The position numbers and the translations under genes are program-made. DNA of 64,000 nucleotides, taken from positions 128,001 to 192,000 of IMG/VR virus record IMGVR_UViG_3300009185_000001; one strand, written 5' to 3'. This document shows positions 10,601 through 18,876 of this stretch, one piece after another; within the stretch, counting starts at the first letter, position 1, and every line of letters starts with the position of its first letter. Source of the stretch: a virus (taxonomy: Duplodnaviria; Caudoviricetes). The notes under the pieces are model-generated. The model made no database searches and was not told where the DNA came from. It worked only from the letters and a program-made list of their open reading frames with translations.

Positions 10601-11225
10601 CGATATAATGCGGACCTTCTTTCGAAGATGTGAAATTTATTTTAAATGGATATCTATTATAATGTCCAGCAAATGTAGGGGGTGGAACAACATCAAAATA
10701 TATAGACTCGTTTATAATAAGATTTACATTTAAACTAGAAGATAGGGTTACAACACCAGAAGATACATATGCAAATAAAGAAATTATATAATTTCCAGGT
10801 AACTCATATATATGACTTGGATTTATTTCAGTGCTCATACCCCCATCACCAAAACTCCATAATAAAGAATATGAAGAAAGCGTTTGTTGACTATTTGTTG
10901 TGAATTGATATCTAGTTGCCCTAGCATATCCCACATCTGGAGACACTCCAAAAGTTAAATTAGAATATGCAGCTTCTTTTATTGAAAATTCTATAATAGA
11001 AGAATTTGCTCCCTCTGAATTAGTTAAAGTTACATAAGCATATCGTTTTTCAGCTTTAATCGGAGTTCCTACTAGTTCTCCTGTGTTTGTTATAGAAATT
11101 CCACTCGGAAGACCAACCGCAGACCATGTAAGCGGACTTGTTCCAGAATGAGAAATAAACGCTGAAAAATAACTTCCAACAGTTAAATTAAAAGATTGTT
11201 TAGGAGTTATGTTTGGAGCAGACAT
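7635..11225 (-). CDS. Large virion/baseplate-associated protein (Ig-like, PKD and NHL-like propeller domains; baseplate-wedge-like C-terminus)
   Basis: 1196 aa. PLTWSAVGLPSGISI (Ig), LLWSFGDGGMSTEINPSHIY (PKD), repeated D..DNVWV. Adjacent to gp6. Confidence 0.7.
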   Translation of the reverse strand: MSAPNITPKQSFNLTVGSYFSAFISHSGTSPLTWSAVGLPSGISITNTGELVGTPIKAEKRYAYVTLTNSEGANSSIIEFSIKEAAYSNLTFGVSPDVGYARATRYQFTTNSQQTLSSYSLLWSFGDGGMSTEINPSHIYELPGNYIISLFAYVSSGVVTLSSSLNVNLIINESIYFDVVPPPTFAGHYNRYPFKINFTSSKEGPHYIDLATQFSRSYQTQEPRNKWSFLRPEWRFLDLDGNIIKTIIPKEDKIYSNAVGKINNNGDGLVAGVTGSAEFYCIDDIHNYDLFIEDKPYTTLIATLRTSGIRSFNDSANADKDLPGFSNSLATVSCPYIFMVRPPDNVRITENGIRDYVNPRWPQAQQPVLINTNSIIPYPDNYEWNDGSNGIKILNPEYAFCHSIPLSGNLSIKVGTTGLNSNFTPQPTEFKWIDETGYKTPGYYKGTFFTTTASSLNSVITGSVDIEFPALSTQYYNPMLWISNPEAGLMTVAQYIYNPVLSAAMDTPNMNVAVIKTFEMPIINDDQVDFSKDAMALSGIHGICSVAAMPSPTYHAWALDSELNNLYRLTTRGDILCAIDINKVVSDNNLGFWSYDQVSPASVVLDSKQDIWVTLYDTISTLKFDRYGNFLFAITPASAIEYKFPPAPAIGDWYSQTSYYEYDENSPYDYNLLNNEANGIIEPTGIDTDTEDNVWVTYSYFASGYLIKYDSNGNLLYSHSYPVCSCPQEIAVDKDNNVWVALSNNIWSTRECSLEKRNSNGILLSSVYPIIGLNHLTLDTDQNPWFTFSYSWVGSVDNSTGTLFTINLSGTTETTYAPDWFDPNINTDETALEGIGCDLKGRVYIINSIENQIYILDRNTKQILNTFYINPQGFTFYLEDQSSPTIMNYSIWNKSLQATGDWTGLKWVNKYGKEHLPYFTTDTFKETITGQSRYLNFTEHQDTTIFKLNEDFDMAKQMQSMAFMPSLNESTNLFENFLGSIYGKYPFEHDDLGVSIYEKIANFVSNNADIDYCNINQIYDMAKKVGMDSEDFRLNFPPNVQRVIDYASINQSRLLGAKSLQETSYTTVNNQNVVNRGDLITSLCYKITAGTPVILKDKSINKYKTIQTGEINGCQVYTVGILANFIGLTDYNWPSYYEFYEFIPSYDYKQLEGLIDWENPQTTINENLSTSKYWFGDEGFLDSELSYELYKGLGLI

Positions 11226-11231
11226 TTTTTT

Positions 11232-13034
11232 TTAAAAATCAACGGCTTTTATATATCCACTTGGTTCAACAACTTCTATTCTAGAACCAATATTATTAAT
11301 ATTATTAAACACCGCATATTGATAAAATCCTAGCGTAACGTTTTGAGTATAAACCTTCGAATCTTGATTTGGGTATAAATCATTCCACAACAATATAGAA
11401 ATTCCGTTTACAGAAGTATTTGTATCATATCTATAGGTATCAACATTTGCTACTCCATCTATATTTAATATATCAGATGTTAATTTATATAAATCAATTA
11501 TTTGTCCTAATTTAGAAACTTTGTGATTAAAATTATTTAAAAATAAAGTTCTAATATCATTAACAATAGCCGAAGAAGCTCTTCTACTATTTTTATTTTT
11601 TGTTATTCTTAACTTAGAATTTGCTAAATCGTTTACACTTGATACACCATTAATAGGTTTTGCGTAAAAATCTAAATTCATATAAACAGGGTCCATAACA
11701 ACAATTTTTGATGTTATTGTTTTATTTTCATTCAATCCATTTATAATTAATTCTTTCTGCGGAGGAGCTAAAAAATCTTGTAATTCATTTTTTGGAACCG
11801 CATATACATATAAATTGTTAAAATTACAACTATTAGCAAATTTTATTTGATTTAATAAAATTTGATTTTCAAGCTGTGGATCGTTTAATCCTATTTCATA
11901 TAAATATTTTATATGACCTCTCATGTAATCATCATTGCTTATTACTTTAGAATCACATAAAATATTAAAATAATTTGCTTCTATAAAAGATTCATAGTCT
12001 CTATCGGTTACTAAACGATACTGAGATCTAAAGTTTTTTGGTGCATTCAATCGAATTGAATCTACATTTTCATAATCAGAATATGAATTGGAAGGATATT
12101 CATTAGACAGTGAAATAAAACTTAACTGTTGAGTTGAGAGTTTTTCTTCATAATTAAAACTAATATCAGATATAATTTCATTATATCGTACAGTATTGTA
12201 TTGAACAAATTTTGAACCATTTAATCCATTTGGAGCAACACCAGCAGCATTTGGATTTATTTGTAGATAATAAACAGCAACTTGATCACCCTCGTTTAAT
12301 TTTTTTCCATTGATACCATCTCCAAATTGTATTTCATATCTAAGATTTTCATTAAACCTTGTTGTAAAAACATTTTCAGTTGCAGTATATAAAAATAAGT
12401 CTGAAACATTTGTCCATTCTTGCCATTTAATTGCATTTTTTGGTTTTACATATACAAAAATATTAAAATGGTCAATTTGTATAGTAGTATCTAATGCCAA
12501 ATAAAGAACCTCATTGTCTATTCCAGCTGCACTATATAGTGGATATTCTTGAAAAGTTCCTTGATAAAGCAAATAGTTATTATTAACGTCTTCTATCTGT
12601 GAAGCAGCATCTACTAGCTTTGAAAATGCTATATCTTTATTTGTAGAAAATTGAGTTCCGCCTACATTGATATAACTATATCTAGAGATGAAGTAGTTGC
12701 CCCTAGAAAGCCCGTCAGTGGCTCCTAAACCAAAAGGAATGTTCTGCCCTATGCGACCAACAGGTTTATAATTTAAAAGCTTTACGATTCTATTCATGTT
12801 CTCATAAATTTGAGATTCTGAAAACATACTTTCTGAGGAAGTTTTATTCAAATAATACAAAAGAGTTGTAAATGTATAACTGATTATATCAATAAAACCT
12901 GATAGGTTAGATCCTTGATAATTTTGATCAGTAAAAACCTTTCCTTGATTTAATCGATTTACTATGATGTCTCTTATACTGACACCATCAAAAGCTACGT
13001 AGGAATTTTTATTGAAAGGAATTAAGTCACTCAT
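11232..13034 (-). CDS. gp6: Baseplate wedge subunit, T4 gp6-like
   Basis: FDGVSIRD...FTDQNYQGSNLS...LLNYKP, YEIQFGDGINGKK and RLVTDRDYE motifs. Confidence 0.85.
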   Translation of the reverse strand: MSDLIPFNKNSYVAFDGVSIRDIIVNRLNQGKVFTDQNYQGSNLSGFIDIISYTFTTLLYYLNKTSSESMFSESQIYENMNRIVKLLNYKPVGRIGQNIPFGLGATDGLSRGNYFISRYSYINVGGTQFSTNKDIAFSKLVDAASQIEDVNNNYLLYQGTFQEYPLYSAAGIDNEVLYLALDTTIQIDHFNIFVYVKPKNAIKWQEWTNVSDLFLYTATENVFTTRFNENLRYEIQFGDGINGKKLNEGDQVAVYYLQINPNAAGVAPNGLNGSKFVQYNTVRYNEIISDISFNYEEKLSTQQLSFISLSNEYPSNSYSDYENVDSIRLNAPKNFRSQYRLVTDRDYESFIEANYFNILCDSKVISNDDYMRGHIKYLYEIGLNDPQLENQILLNQIKFANSCNFNNLYVYAVPKNELQDFLAPPQKELIINGLNENKTITSKIVVMDPVYMNLDFYAKPINGVSSVNDLANSKLRITKNKNSRRASSAIVNDIRTLFLNNFNHKVSKLGQIIDLYKLTSDILNIDGVANVDTYRYDTNTSVNGISILLWNDLYPNQDSKVYTQNVTLGFYQYAVFNNINNIGSRIEVVEPSGYIKAVDF

Positions 13035-13534
13035 AAAATGTTTATATTATTTGCTTGAAAGTTTATTTGAAATCTATCAACCTTTCCAATATTTAATAGT
13101 TTATACACAAATAAAACATAATATTGATTTTCTTCGGGCATTGGCATTACTTGTACATTTTGCACTTCTATTCTAGGTTCTTGTGCAGCGGATTCTAATA
13201 TATTATTACCAAGTATTTTTGCTTTGAATTCTGTTATTCCTTCAAACAAATATTGGTCTAAAGATCCACCAAAGTTAGGACTTAATAATTTCTGTCCCTT
13301 TTTTGTTGTGAATATATTATAAAGAGAATTTCTTATTGCATTTGAATCATAATCAGCAACAATATCGTTACTTTCAACGGTGTTCAAACCATTTCCAACA
13401 TTATTATTTATAATTAAGTCCAAGTGCAAATCAGTATATACATATTGATTTTCCTTTGTTTCCTTTGAAGGATAATTAGTAGGAGAATTTACTTCTCTTG
13501 GTTTTATAAGATTATCTATGTAAATAGCAGCCAT
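13031..13534 (-). CDS. gp25: Baseplate wedge subunit, gp25/GPW family
   Basis: AIRNSLYNIFTTKKGQKLLSPNFGGSLDQYLFE...EPRIEV. Likely start ATG 13534. Confidence 0.85.
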   Translation of the reverse strand: MAAIYIDNLIKPREVNSPTNYPSKETKENQYVYTDLHLDLIINNNVGNGLNTVESNDIVADYDSNAIRNSLYNIFTTKKGQKLLSPNFGGSLDQYLFEGITEFKAKILGNNILESAAQEPRIEVQNVQVMPMPEENQYYVLFVYKLLNIGKVDRFQINFQANNINIL

Positions 13535-13569
13535 GTATGGTAAATATTTATGATAAAAACCCAATATAT

Positions 13570-14193
13570 ATGAGTAAAAAATTTAATAAATTTGAAACTT
13601 TATGCGAAAAGGCATTTACACACCATTCTAATGGTGGATTTCGTACAAATACACCAGTAAAACTTAGACCCGAATTTTTTAATTCAGATTTCTACAAGAC
13701 TCGTTACCAAACAGATTCTTTATTTGATACATGGCTGAGAGGATGTATTCAACAAAATCCTAATCTATTCTTTTTTATTCATGACATCGCAGCAAACAGC
13801 ACGAATGCAAGTGCTAAAGATGCAAACGACTTAGCAGGTTCTAATTACACCATCTTAACACTGAAAATGGATCCAAGAACATTGCAAGCACCTACGGAAT
13901 ATAATGAATTCTCGGTTCCGGGTGATTTTAATCTTATTGAGGTATTAGATTTTGGTATTAATCTTCCTCCTGTACAAGGAGTTCCTAATAAGTACGAAAA
14001 CTACGAAGCATATACTCAAAGCAAACCTGTACCCGCAAATCCTGATGATTTTAAAGCATTAGGAAATCAACCAATGGATAATAAACTTCCAGTGGCACAT
14101 ACAGCAATTCCTGCTTCTCCTGCTATTGCTAAAAAATATTTTACAGGTCCAACTCGCTCTAAAAAGAACGGCCCTAAGAAATTAAAAAAATAA
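13570..14193 (+). CDS. Hypothetical protein (possible internal head protein)
   Basis: ATG 13570. N-terminus MSKKFNKFETLCE; basic C-terminal tail. Confidence 0.6.
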   Translation: MSKKFNKFETLCEKAFTHHSNGGFRTNTPVKLRPEFFNSDFYKTRYQTDSLFDTWLRGCIQQNPNLFFFIHDIAANSTNASAKDANDLAGSNYTILTLKMDPRTLQAPTEYNEFSVPGDFNLIEVLDFGINLPPVQGVPNKYENYEAYTQSKPVPANPDDFKALGNQPMDNKLPVAHTAIPASPAIAKKYFTGPTRSKKNGPKKLKK

Positions 14194-14194
14194 T

Positions 14195-15133
14195 TTAGAT
14201 AGAAGCTTCGATTGCCAAAATGCAACAGAAGAAATTGATTTCGTGATCTAATACGAAATTATCTCTATACATATATTCTCCAAGATTTAAGAGAAACATT
14301 TTTTTGCATTTTTCATCAATATCTGTACAATCATATACATAATTAAACATATTGATCATAAGTTTCTGATAATCATTACCAAATAACTTTTCAGATTCGA
14401 TTACAGTTTTTCTAATTTCCAAAGAAGACAATTTTGAAATTGCAAGTCCTTTAATTATAAAACTAAAAAGATCACAGACTTCATTTTTTTCTGGAAATAT
14501 AAGAGTTCCTGTTACAGAAAACTTCTGAAGATCATTAACAATTCTCCTCATATCAGGATATCGTTCGGTTAAAAACTCCGATAGCTTAACTTTCATTGTA
14601 TCAGAATCAAATTTAATATTTTCTTTCTGTAAAATTTCTATACAACGCTGTCCACAGGATTTTAAGGTAGGTTGAAGCTTAAAGAGTACACACCTAGAAC
14701 GAATGGGTTCGATTATTTTATTTATATAATTAGCAGTCAGAATGAATCGTGTAGTATCAACATATTCTTCCATGACATTACGAAGCATTCGCAAAGAATC
14801 TCCTGTAAGACCGTCTGCCTCCTCTAATATTACTATCTTCCTCTTACTATCAATAGAACGTGTTTGTGCAAAACTAATGACCTTGTTGCGAATAGTATCA
14901 ACACCATTTTCATCAGATGCGTTAATATACAAGTACTGGCACTTGAGAAGATCATTTACAATTATCTTTGATAAGGTACTTTTACCCGTGCCCGGTGAAC
15001 CATAAAACAACAAACTAGGAACATCATCCGTAATAGTTTTGAAGTGATCCTTTACTTCAGTATCTAAAAGAATTTCGTCTAATGTTTTTGGGCGGTATTT
15101 TTCAACCCAAAGATTGTTATAGTGATTAGTCAT
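14195..15133 (-). CDS. gp44: Sliding-clamp loader AAA+ subunit (gp44/RFC-small type)
   Basis: LWVEKYRP, Walker A GSPGTGKS, INASDENG, Walker B ILEEAD, SRC motif. Confidence 0.92.
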   Translation of the reverse strand: MTNHYNNLWVEKYRPKTLDEILLDTEVKDHFKTITDDVPSLLFYGSPGTGKSTLSKIIVNDLLKCQYLYINASDENGVDTIRNKVISFAQTRSIDSKRKIVILEEADGLTGDSLRMLRNVMEEYVDTTRFILTANYINKIIEPIRSRCVLFKLQPTLKSCGQRCIEILQKENIKFDSDTMKVKLSEFLTERYPDMRRIVNDLQKFSVTGTLIFPEKNEVCDLFSFIIKGLAISKLSSLEIRKTVIESEKLFGNDYQKLMINMFNYVYDCTDIDEKCKKMFLLNLGEYMYRDNFVLDHEINFFCCILAIEASI

Positions 15134-15134
15134 T

Positions 15135-15518
15135 TTATTTAAATTCTGGTTCTATTGTTAAAAGAGGTAGATAAACAATTTTTGCTATCTCATCTCCAGA
15201 ATTCAATAAATAATCTCTGTCGGAAGAATTGTAAAGAAGAATTTTCAACTCGCCCCTAAAAGAATTATCAATGGATTTAAAAATTGGCTGTATTCCATAT
15301 TCTTTTACTAAATTTTCAAGCGGTAGAATCAATCCCCATGCTCCCTTAACAAAGTCTTCAATAATAAGACCAGTATCTATCAAAACACTCTTATGCTCTG
15401 CTATAATCTTGCAATCGATGGATTTTAAAATATAACCAGAATCGCTTTGATTATTTCGAAATGGAAGAACTGCATCTTCGTCACTTTTTGAGAATATTAT
15501 TTTTGGAACTGTAAACAT
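15135..15518 (-). CDS. dUTPase-fold protein with degenerate catalytic motifs
   Basis: DAVLP..SDSGYIL, IDTGL and IDNSFRGELKILLYN follow the trimeric dUTPase pattern. Motif 1 Asp, motif 2 RSG and motif 5 are absent. Confidence 0.75.
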   Translation of the reverse strand: MFTVPKIIFSKSDEDAVLPFRNNQSDSGYILKSIDCKIIAEHKSVLIDTGLIIEDFVKGAWGLILPLENLVKEYGIQPIFKSIDNSFRGELKILLYNSSDRDYLLNSGDEIAKIVYLPLLTIEPEFK

Positions 15519-15524
15519 GATCTT

Positions 15525-15559
15525 ATTATAGTGGAATACTTGGCTTATTCAACTAAATA
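15525..15559. promoter_or_regulatory. Back-to-back promoters: sigma70-type on minus (for the dUTPase-like gene) and late-type ACTAAATA on plus (for gp16)
   Basis: Minus strand TTGAAT-16-TATAAT (15552-15525), ATG 7 nt after the -10. Plus strand ACTAAATA 15552-15559. Confidence 0.6.
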
Positions 15560-15576
15560 TTTAAAATATATATAAC

Positions 15577-16050
15577 ATGGACCCTACTAATGATATAGAT
15601 AATATTATCGATCAACTTCGTGTTGATGCTGTTCCAACAGTTTCCAATCCCGTAAAAAGAAACGAAATTCAAAATTTAAATGATGAAAATGTAAGTGATT
15701 ATGTTTACAAAAAAACAGCAGAAATCATAGAGGTTGGATTGGAATCCATATCAAATTTAAAAGATATTATAACTTCTGGACAAGATCCAAAGGAAATAAC
15801 AGCACTAGCCAGTTTAATCAGCGCAACAACCAAAGCTATTGATAACCTAAATAAAATCAATTTACAATCTAAACAACATAAAAACAATTTAGAGGTTGCA
15901 AAGATAGAAGGAAATACCGCCAAACAACTTGGAATTGGCAGTCAAACAAATAACATTGTTATTGCAACAAGAGATGAAATCTTAAAAATTCAAGACAAAG
16001 AGCCTAAAAGACAAAAAATTGAATTGATTGAAGATAACTCTCAAGAATAA
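15577..16050 (+). CDS. gp16: Terminase small subunit, T4 gp16-like
   Basis: DYVYKKTAEIIEVGLESI...PKEITALASLISATTKAIDNL...TNNIVIATRDEILK follows the gp16 helical pattern. Confidence 0.65.
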   Translation: MDPTNDIDNIIDQLRVDAVPTVSNPVKRNEIQNLNDENVSDYVYKKTAEIIEVGLESISNLKDIITSGQDPKEITALASLISATTKAIDNLNKINLQSKQHKNNLEVAKIEGNTAKQLGIGSQTNNIVIATRDEILKIQDKEPKRQKIELIEDNSQE

Positions 16051-16097
16051 TTTTAAAATTTTTTGAAATTTTAAAATACGTAAATTAAAAAAGTACA

Positions 16098-16138
16098 AAA
16101 AAATACCCATCCTCTTTCAAAGATGGGTAGATTTTTTT
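16098..16138. terminator. Bidirectional intrinsic terminator between convergent gp16 and gp23
   Basis: TACCCATC/GATGGGTA stem flanked by an A-run and a T-run. Confidence 0.75.
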
Positions 16139-16151
16139 GTGAGGTTTACTC

Positions 16152-17624
16152 TTAGAGATATCGCGCAGTCTGGTTAGAAGCAAAGCCTTCTCCGAGACCC
16201 TTGACGATGATTACATGGTAGTACAGAGAAGCACCAAAGATGTAATCTACAACTCCGTAGCGAGTCATAAGACCGACGCGAGGTGAGAAGTCATTTGGGC
16301 CGACTGTACGCTGAATCATGACAGGGATATACGGACAATATACGATACCTGTATCGTAGTATTCTGTGCCTTTATAACCAAGCAATGCATATTCCAATGC
16401 GGTTTGTCTTTGACCTGTTAGATACTGAGCATCTGTACGTGTGTCGCGGTAAACAGTAAATCTTCCACCCAATGTTCCAACTTTGGCAATGCCTGTTGGT
16501 TGTGTGTTGATATTTCCGTTTACTGGCATCCACGTAAACTCAGGGAGCATTTCAAGAATCGCGCAAACGCGAGGTGTAGCAATAATAAAATTGGCTGAAC
16601 CACGGCGGTTACGGATAGCAATGCGGTTAGCTTCGACGATGACCTTGGAGTAGAAATCACGATTTCTTTCTCCGAGCCAACGTGCGTCAGCTGACTGAGC
16701 GTACCAGAATGTGTATCCATTTGGGTTACCAGCATTAAGAGCGATTTGAATCATTCTGATGACCATTTCACGGTCGATCTCAGCCTGAATTTCATATGAC
16801 ATAGCATTTGTTAATTCAGAGTCGATATCGAGTCCGTTCATGTTCTTCAAGTCTTGCTCAAGTTCAACAGACCAGCGAGCGGCGAGGCGGCGTGTGCCAG
16901 CTTCAACGGCTGTTTTGCTGAATTCAACAGTAACTTGAGGAATGTTTCCAGTAAGTTCGAACTGGCTAAGGATAGCAGCAACACCTTGATCAGTAGAAGC
17001 AACGCTGAAATCAGCATTGCCTGTGAGTGAGGCGGCACTAGTACCTGTAAAGCGAGTATCGAGATACTGATAGCCAAGTTCATTCGGACCAGCAACACGG
17101 GGAACCGTGTAGTTGGTTGGGTCGTTTGAATCTTTAAATGAACCAGAAGTTGTTGATCCGGTTGCATATCCATCGATTCCATTTGAACCTAAGCTAGCAT
17201 TCTCATAGCGGTAACGAAGGGCAAATGCAAGTCCGACTGGACCACTCATAGGCTGAACACCGACGATCTCGTTAGTGATAAGCTCTGGGAATGTACGTCT
17301 GATCATCGGTATAAGAACCTTTGGTAAACGTGCATCACCATTAGCATAACCATCATTCGAGTTAACTGATCCCGGAGGAGCATAGATACCACCGATAGTA
17401 CTGCCAGAGCCGAAGGCTCCACCATTACCAGCGAAGTTTCCACCCTCTTCCAAGCACCAACGCTCTTGGTTTTCCATCAGCATAGCTGTGGTAACGCGAG
17501 CATGCTCGTCTTCAATTGGGCGGACTTTATCACTTGTGTAATTAAGTACCGGGGCCCATTTTTCGAGGAGTTGATTGGCACGGGATTTGTCGATGTAACC
17601 GGGTGCGGGTTTTACATTATTCAT
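16152..17624 (-). CDS. gp23: Major capsid protein, T4 gp23 family
   Basis: LLEKWAPVL, LIPMIRRTFPELITNEIVGVQPMSGP, RRLAARWSVELEQDL, YCPYIP, GLMTRYG. Confidence 0.97.
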   Translation of the reverse strand: MNNVKPAPGYIDKSRANQLLEKWAPVLNYTSDKVRPIEDEHARVTTAMLMENQERWCLEEGGNFAGNGGAFGSGSTIGGIYAPPGSVNSNDGYANGDARLPKVLIPMIRRTFPELITNEIVGVQPMSGPVGLAFALRYRYENASLGSNGIDGYATGSTTSGSFKDSNDPTNYTVPRVAGPNELGYQYLDTRFTGTSAASLTGNADFSVASTDQGVAAILSQFELTGNIPQVTVEFSKTAVEAGTRRLAARWSVELEQDLKNMNGLDIDSELTNAMSYEIQAEIDREMVIRMIQIALNAGNPNGYTFWYAQSADARWLGERNRDFYSKVIVEANRIAIRNRRGSANFIIATPRVCAILEMLPEFTWMPVNGNINTQPTGIAKVGTLGGRFTVYRDTRTDAQYLTGQRQTALEYALLGYKGTEYYDTGIVYCPYIPVMIQRTVGPNDFSPRVGLMTRYGVVDYIFGASLYYHVIIVKGLGEGFASNQTARYL

Positions 17625-17690
17625 TTGTTTATTTTTTCCTTTATGGATTTTAGCGTTCGAGAATGGCGGATTGCCTTCTCCACCTTGAAA

Positions 17691-18578
17691 TTATCTTATT
17701 TCCTTTAAAGCTGTGAGATATTTGTTAACTGGTGTGTTTTCAACAGTTGTAGACTCAGAGATTACTTTTGAAGCAGGAACTCTAGCATCTTTAGAAACCG
17801 CAGTTTTTTTGGCTTCTTCTACTAAAGTTTTTGACGTTTCGCTTTCTTCTCTTTCAAACATCTCAACAACATATTTAAAGTTCTCCTCAATGTATGAGGT
17901 AGATTTGTCATTCAACAGATTTGAAATATAACCTTTTTTAGAGGCTGACATTCCTTTTGTTTTTTGTTCTAAAATTAATGAAGATTTTACAGTTTCAAAT
18001 TTTTCTTGAAGATCAATATTTTCTTTGAAAGATTCATTCAATTGATTTTCTAATTTAGTAATCTTTGCTCTTCCTTCAGAAACGATTCTTTTAACATCGC
18101 TATTCAATGATGAAGGATCAAAGGCAATGATGCTTTTGATTTGCTCTAATTGTTTGATTGCTGTTTTATTAGAAACTGCTTCTTCTAATTGTGATTGTGG
18201 AATTGCTTTTGAAAGGTAAGCATCCATGAAGTTGCTGATTTCGTTAACAACTTTTTTGCTAAATTTTTCAGCCTTTTCATTTAAGGCTTTGCGATAAAAC
18301 CCAACAAGCTGTTCGAGTTTAATTGTATGGTTTTCGTTAATAGCAGATACAACCTTTTCAAGTTTTGAGGAATGATCAGTATCAATCGCTTCTAAAAGTT
18401 TTTCTAATTTTAAAGCATGTTCGTCGTCTTGTTTGCTGAGAGCCTTTTCAACTTGCAATTCAAGTTGATCTTCGACCTTTTCACTAACAGCTGATTCAAA
18501 CGCTTCAGCAATTGCGGAAGCAGCTTCTTCATTGAGAACGTTTGTATCAATATTTGAAATGATTGATGAGATATCCAT
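17691..18578 (-). CDS. gp22: Prohead core scaffold protein, gp22-like
   Basis: Coiled-coil, Glu-rich, AIAEAFESAVSEKV; directly upstream of gp23. Confidence 0.85.
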   Translation of the reverse strand: MDISSIISNIDTNVLNEEAASAIAEAFESAVSEKVEDQLELQVEKALSKQDDEHALKLEKLLEAIDTDHSSKLEKVVSAINENHTIKLEQLVGFYRKALNEKAEKFSKKVVNEISNFMDAYLSKAIPQSQLEEAVSNKTAIKQLEQIKSIIAFDPSSLNSDVKRIVSEGRAKITKLENQLNESFKENIDLQEKFETVKSSLILEQKTKGMSASKKGYISNLLNDKSTSYIEENFKYVVEMFEREESETSKTLVEEAKKTAVSKDARVPASKVISESTTVENTPVNKYLTALKEIR

Positions 18579-18599
18579 ATTATATATTACTATTTACTC

Positions 18600-18875
18600 T
18601 TACTTCTTTCCTTTTTTATTATTTTTTTTCAACTGCTTAAAATCAGCACCTGTGATTTTATTTTTTGGTTTTGCAGCACTTGCAAGTTTTTTTTGAGCAG
18701 GAGATAATTTTTTCTCGGCAATTTTCTTGACGCGAGATTTTACTTTTTCAGTAACCACTTTATCTAAAGTTGTGTTAGCATCAGAATAATTTTTTTCGCA
18801 GATTTGAGCTACCAATTTAGAAATTAAGTTTCGAATATTCATATTAATATTATTATTTATCCTAGTGCTATACAA
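18600..18875 (-). CDS. Small basic prohead-core-like protein
   Basis: Lies between gp21 and gp22; KLSPAQKKLA...KITGADFKQL. Confidence 0.55.
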   Translation of the reverse strand: MYSTRINNNINMNIRNLISKLVAQICEKNYSDANTTLDKVVTEKVKSRVKKIAEKKLSPAQKKLASAAKPKNKITGADFKQLKKNNKKGKK

Positions 18876-18876
18876 A

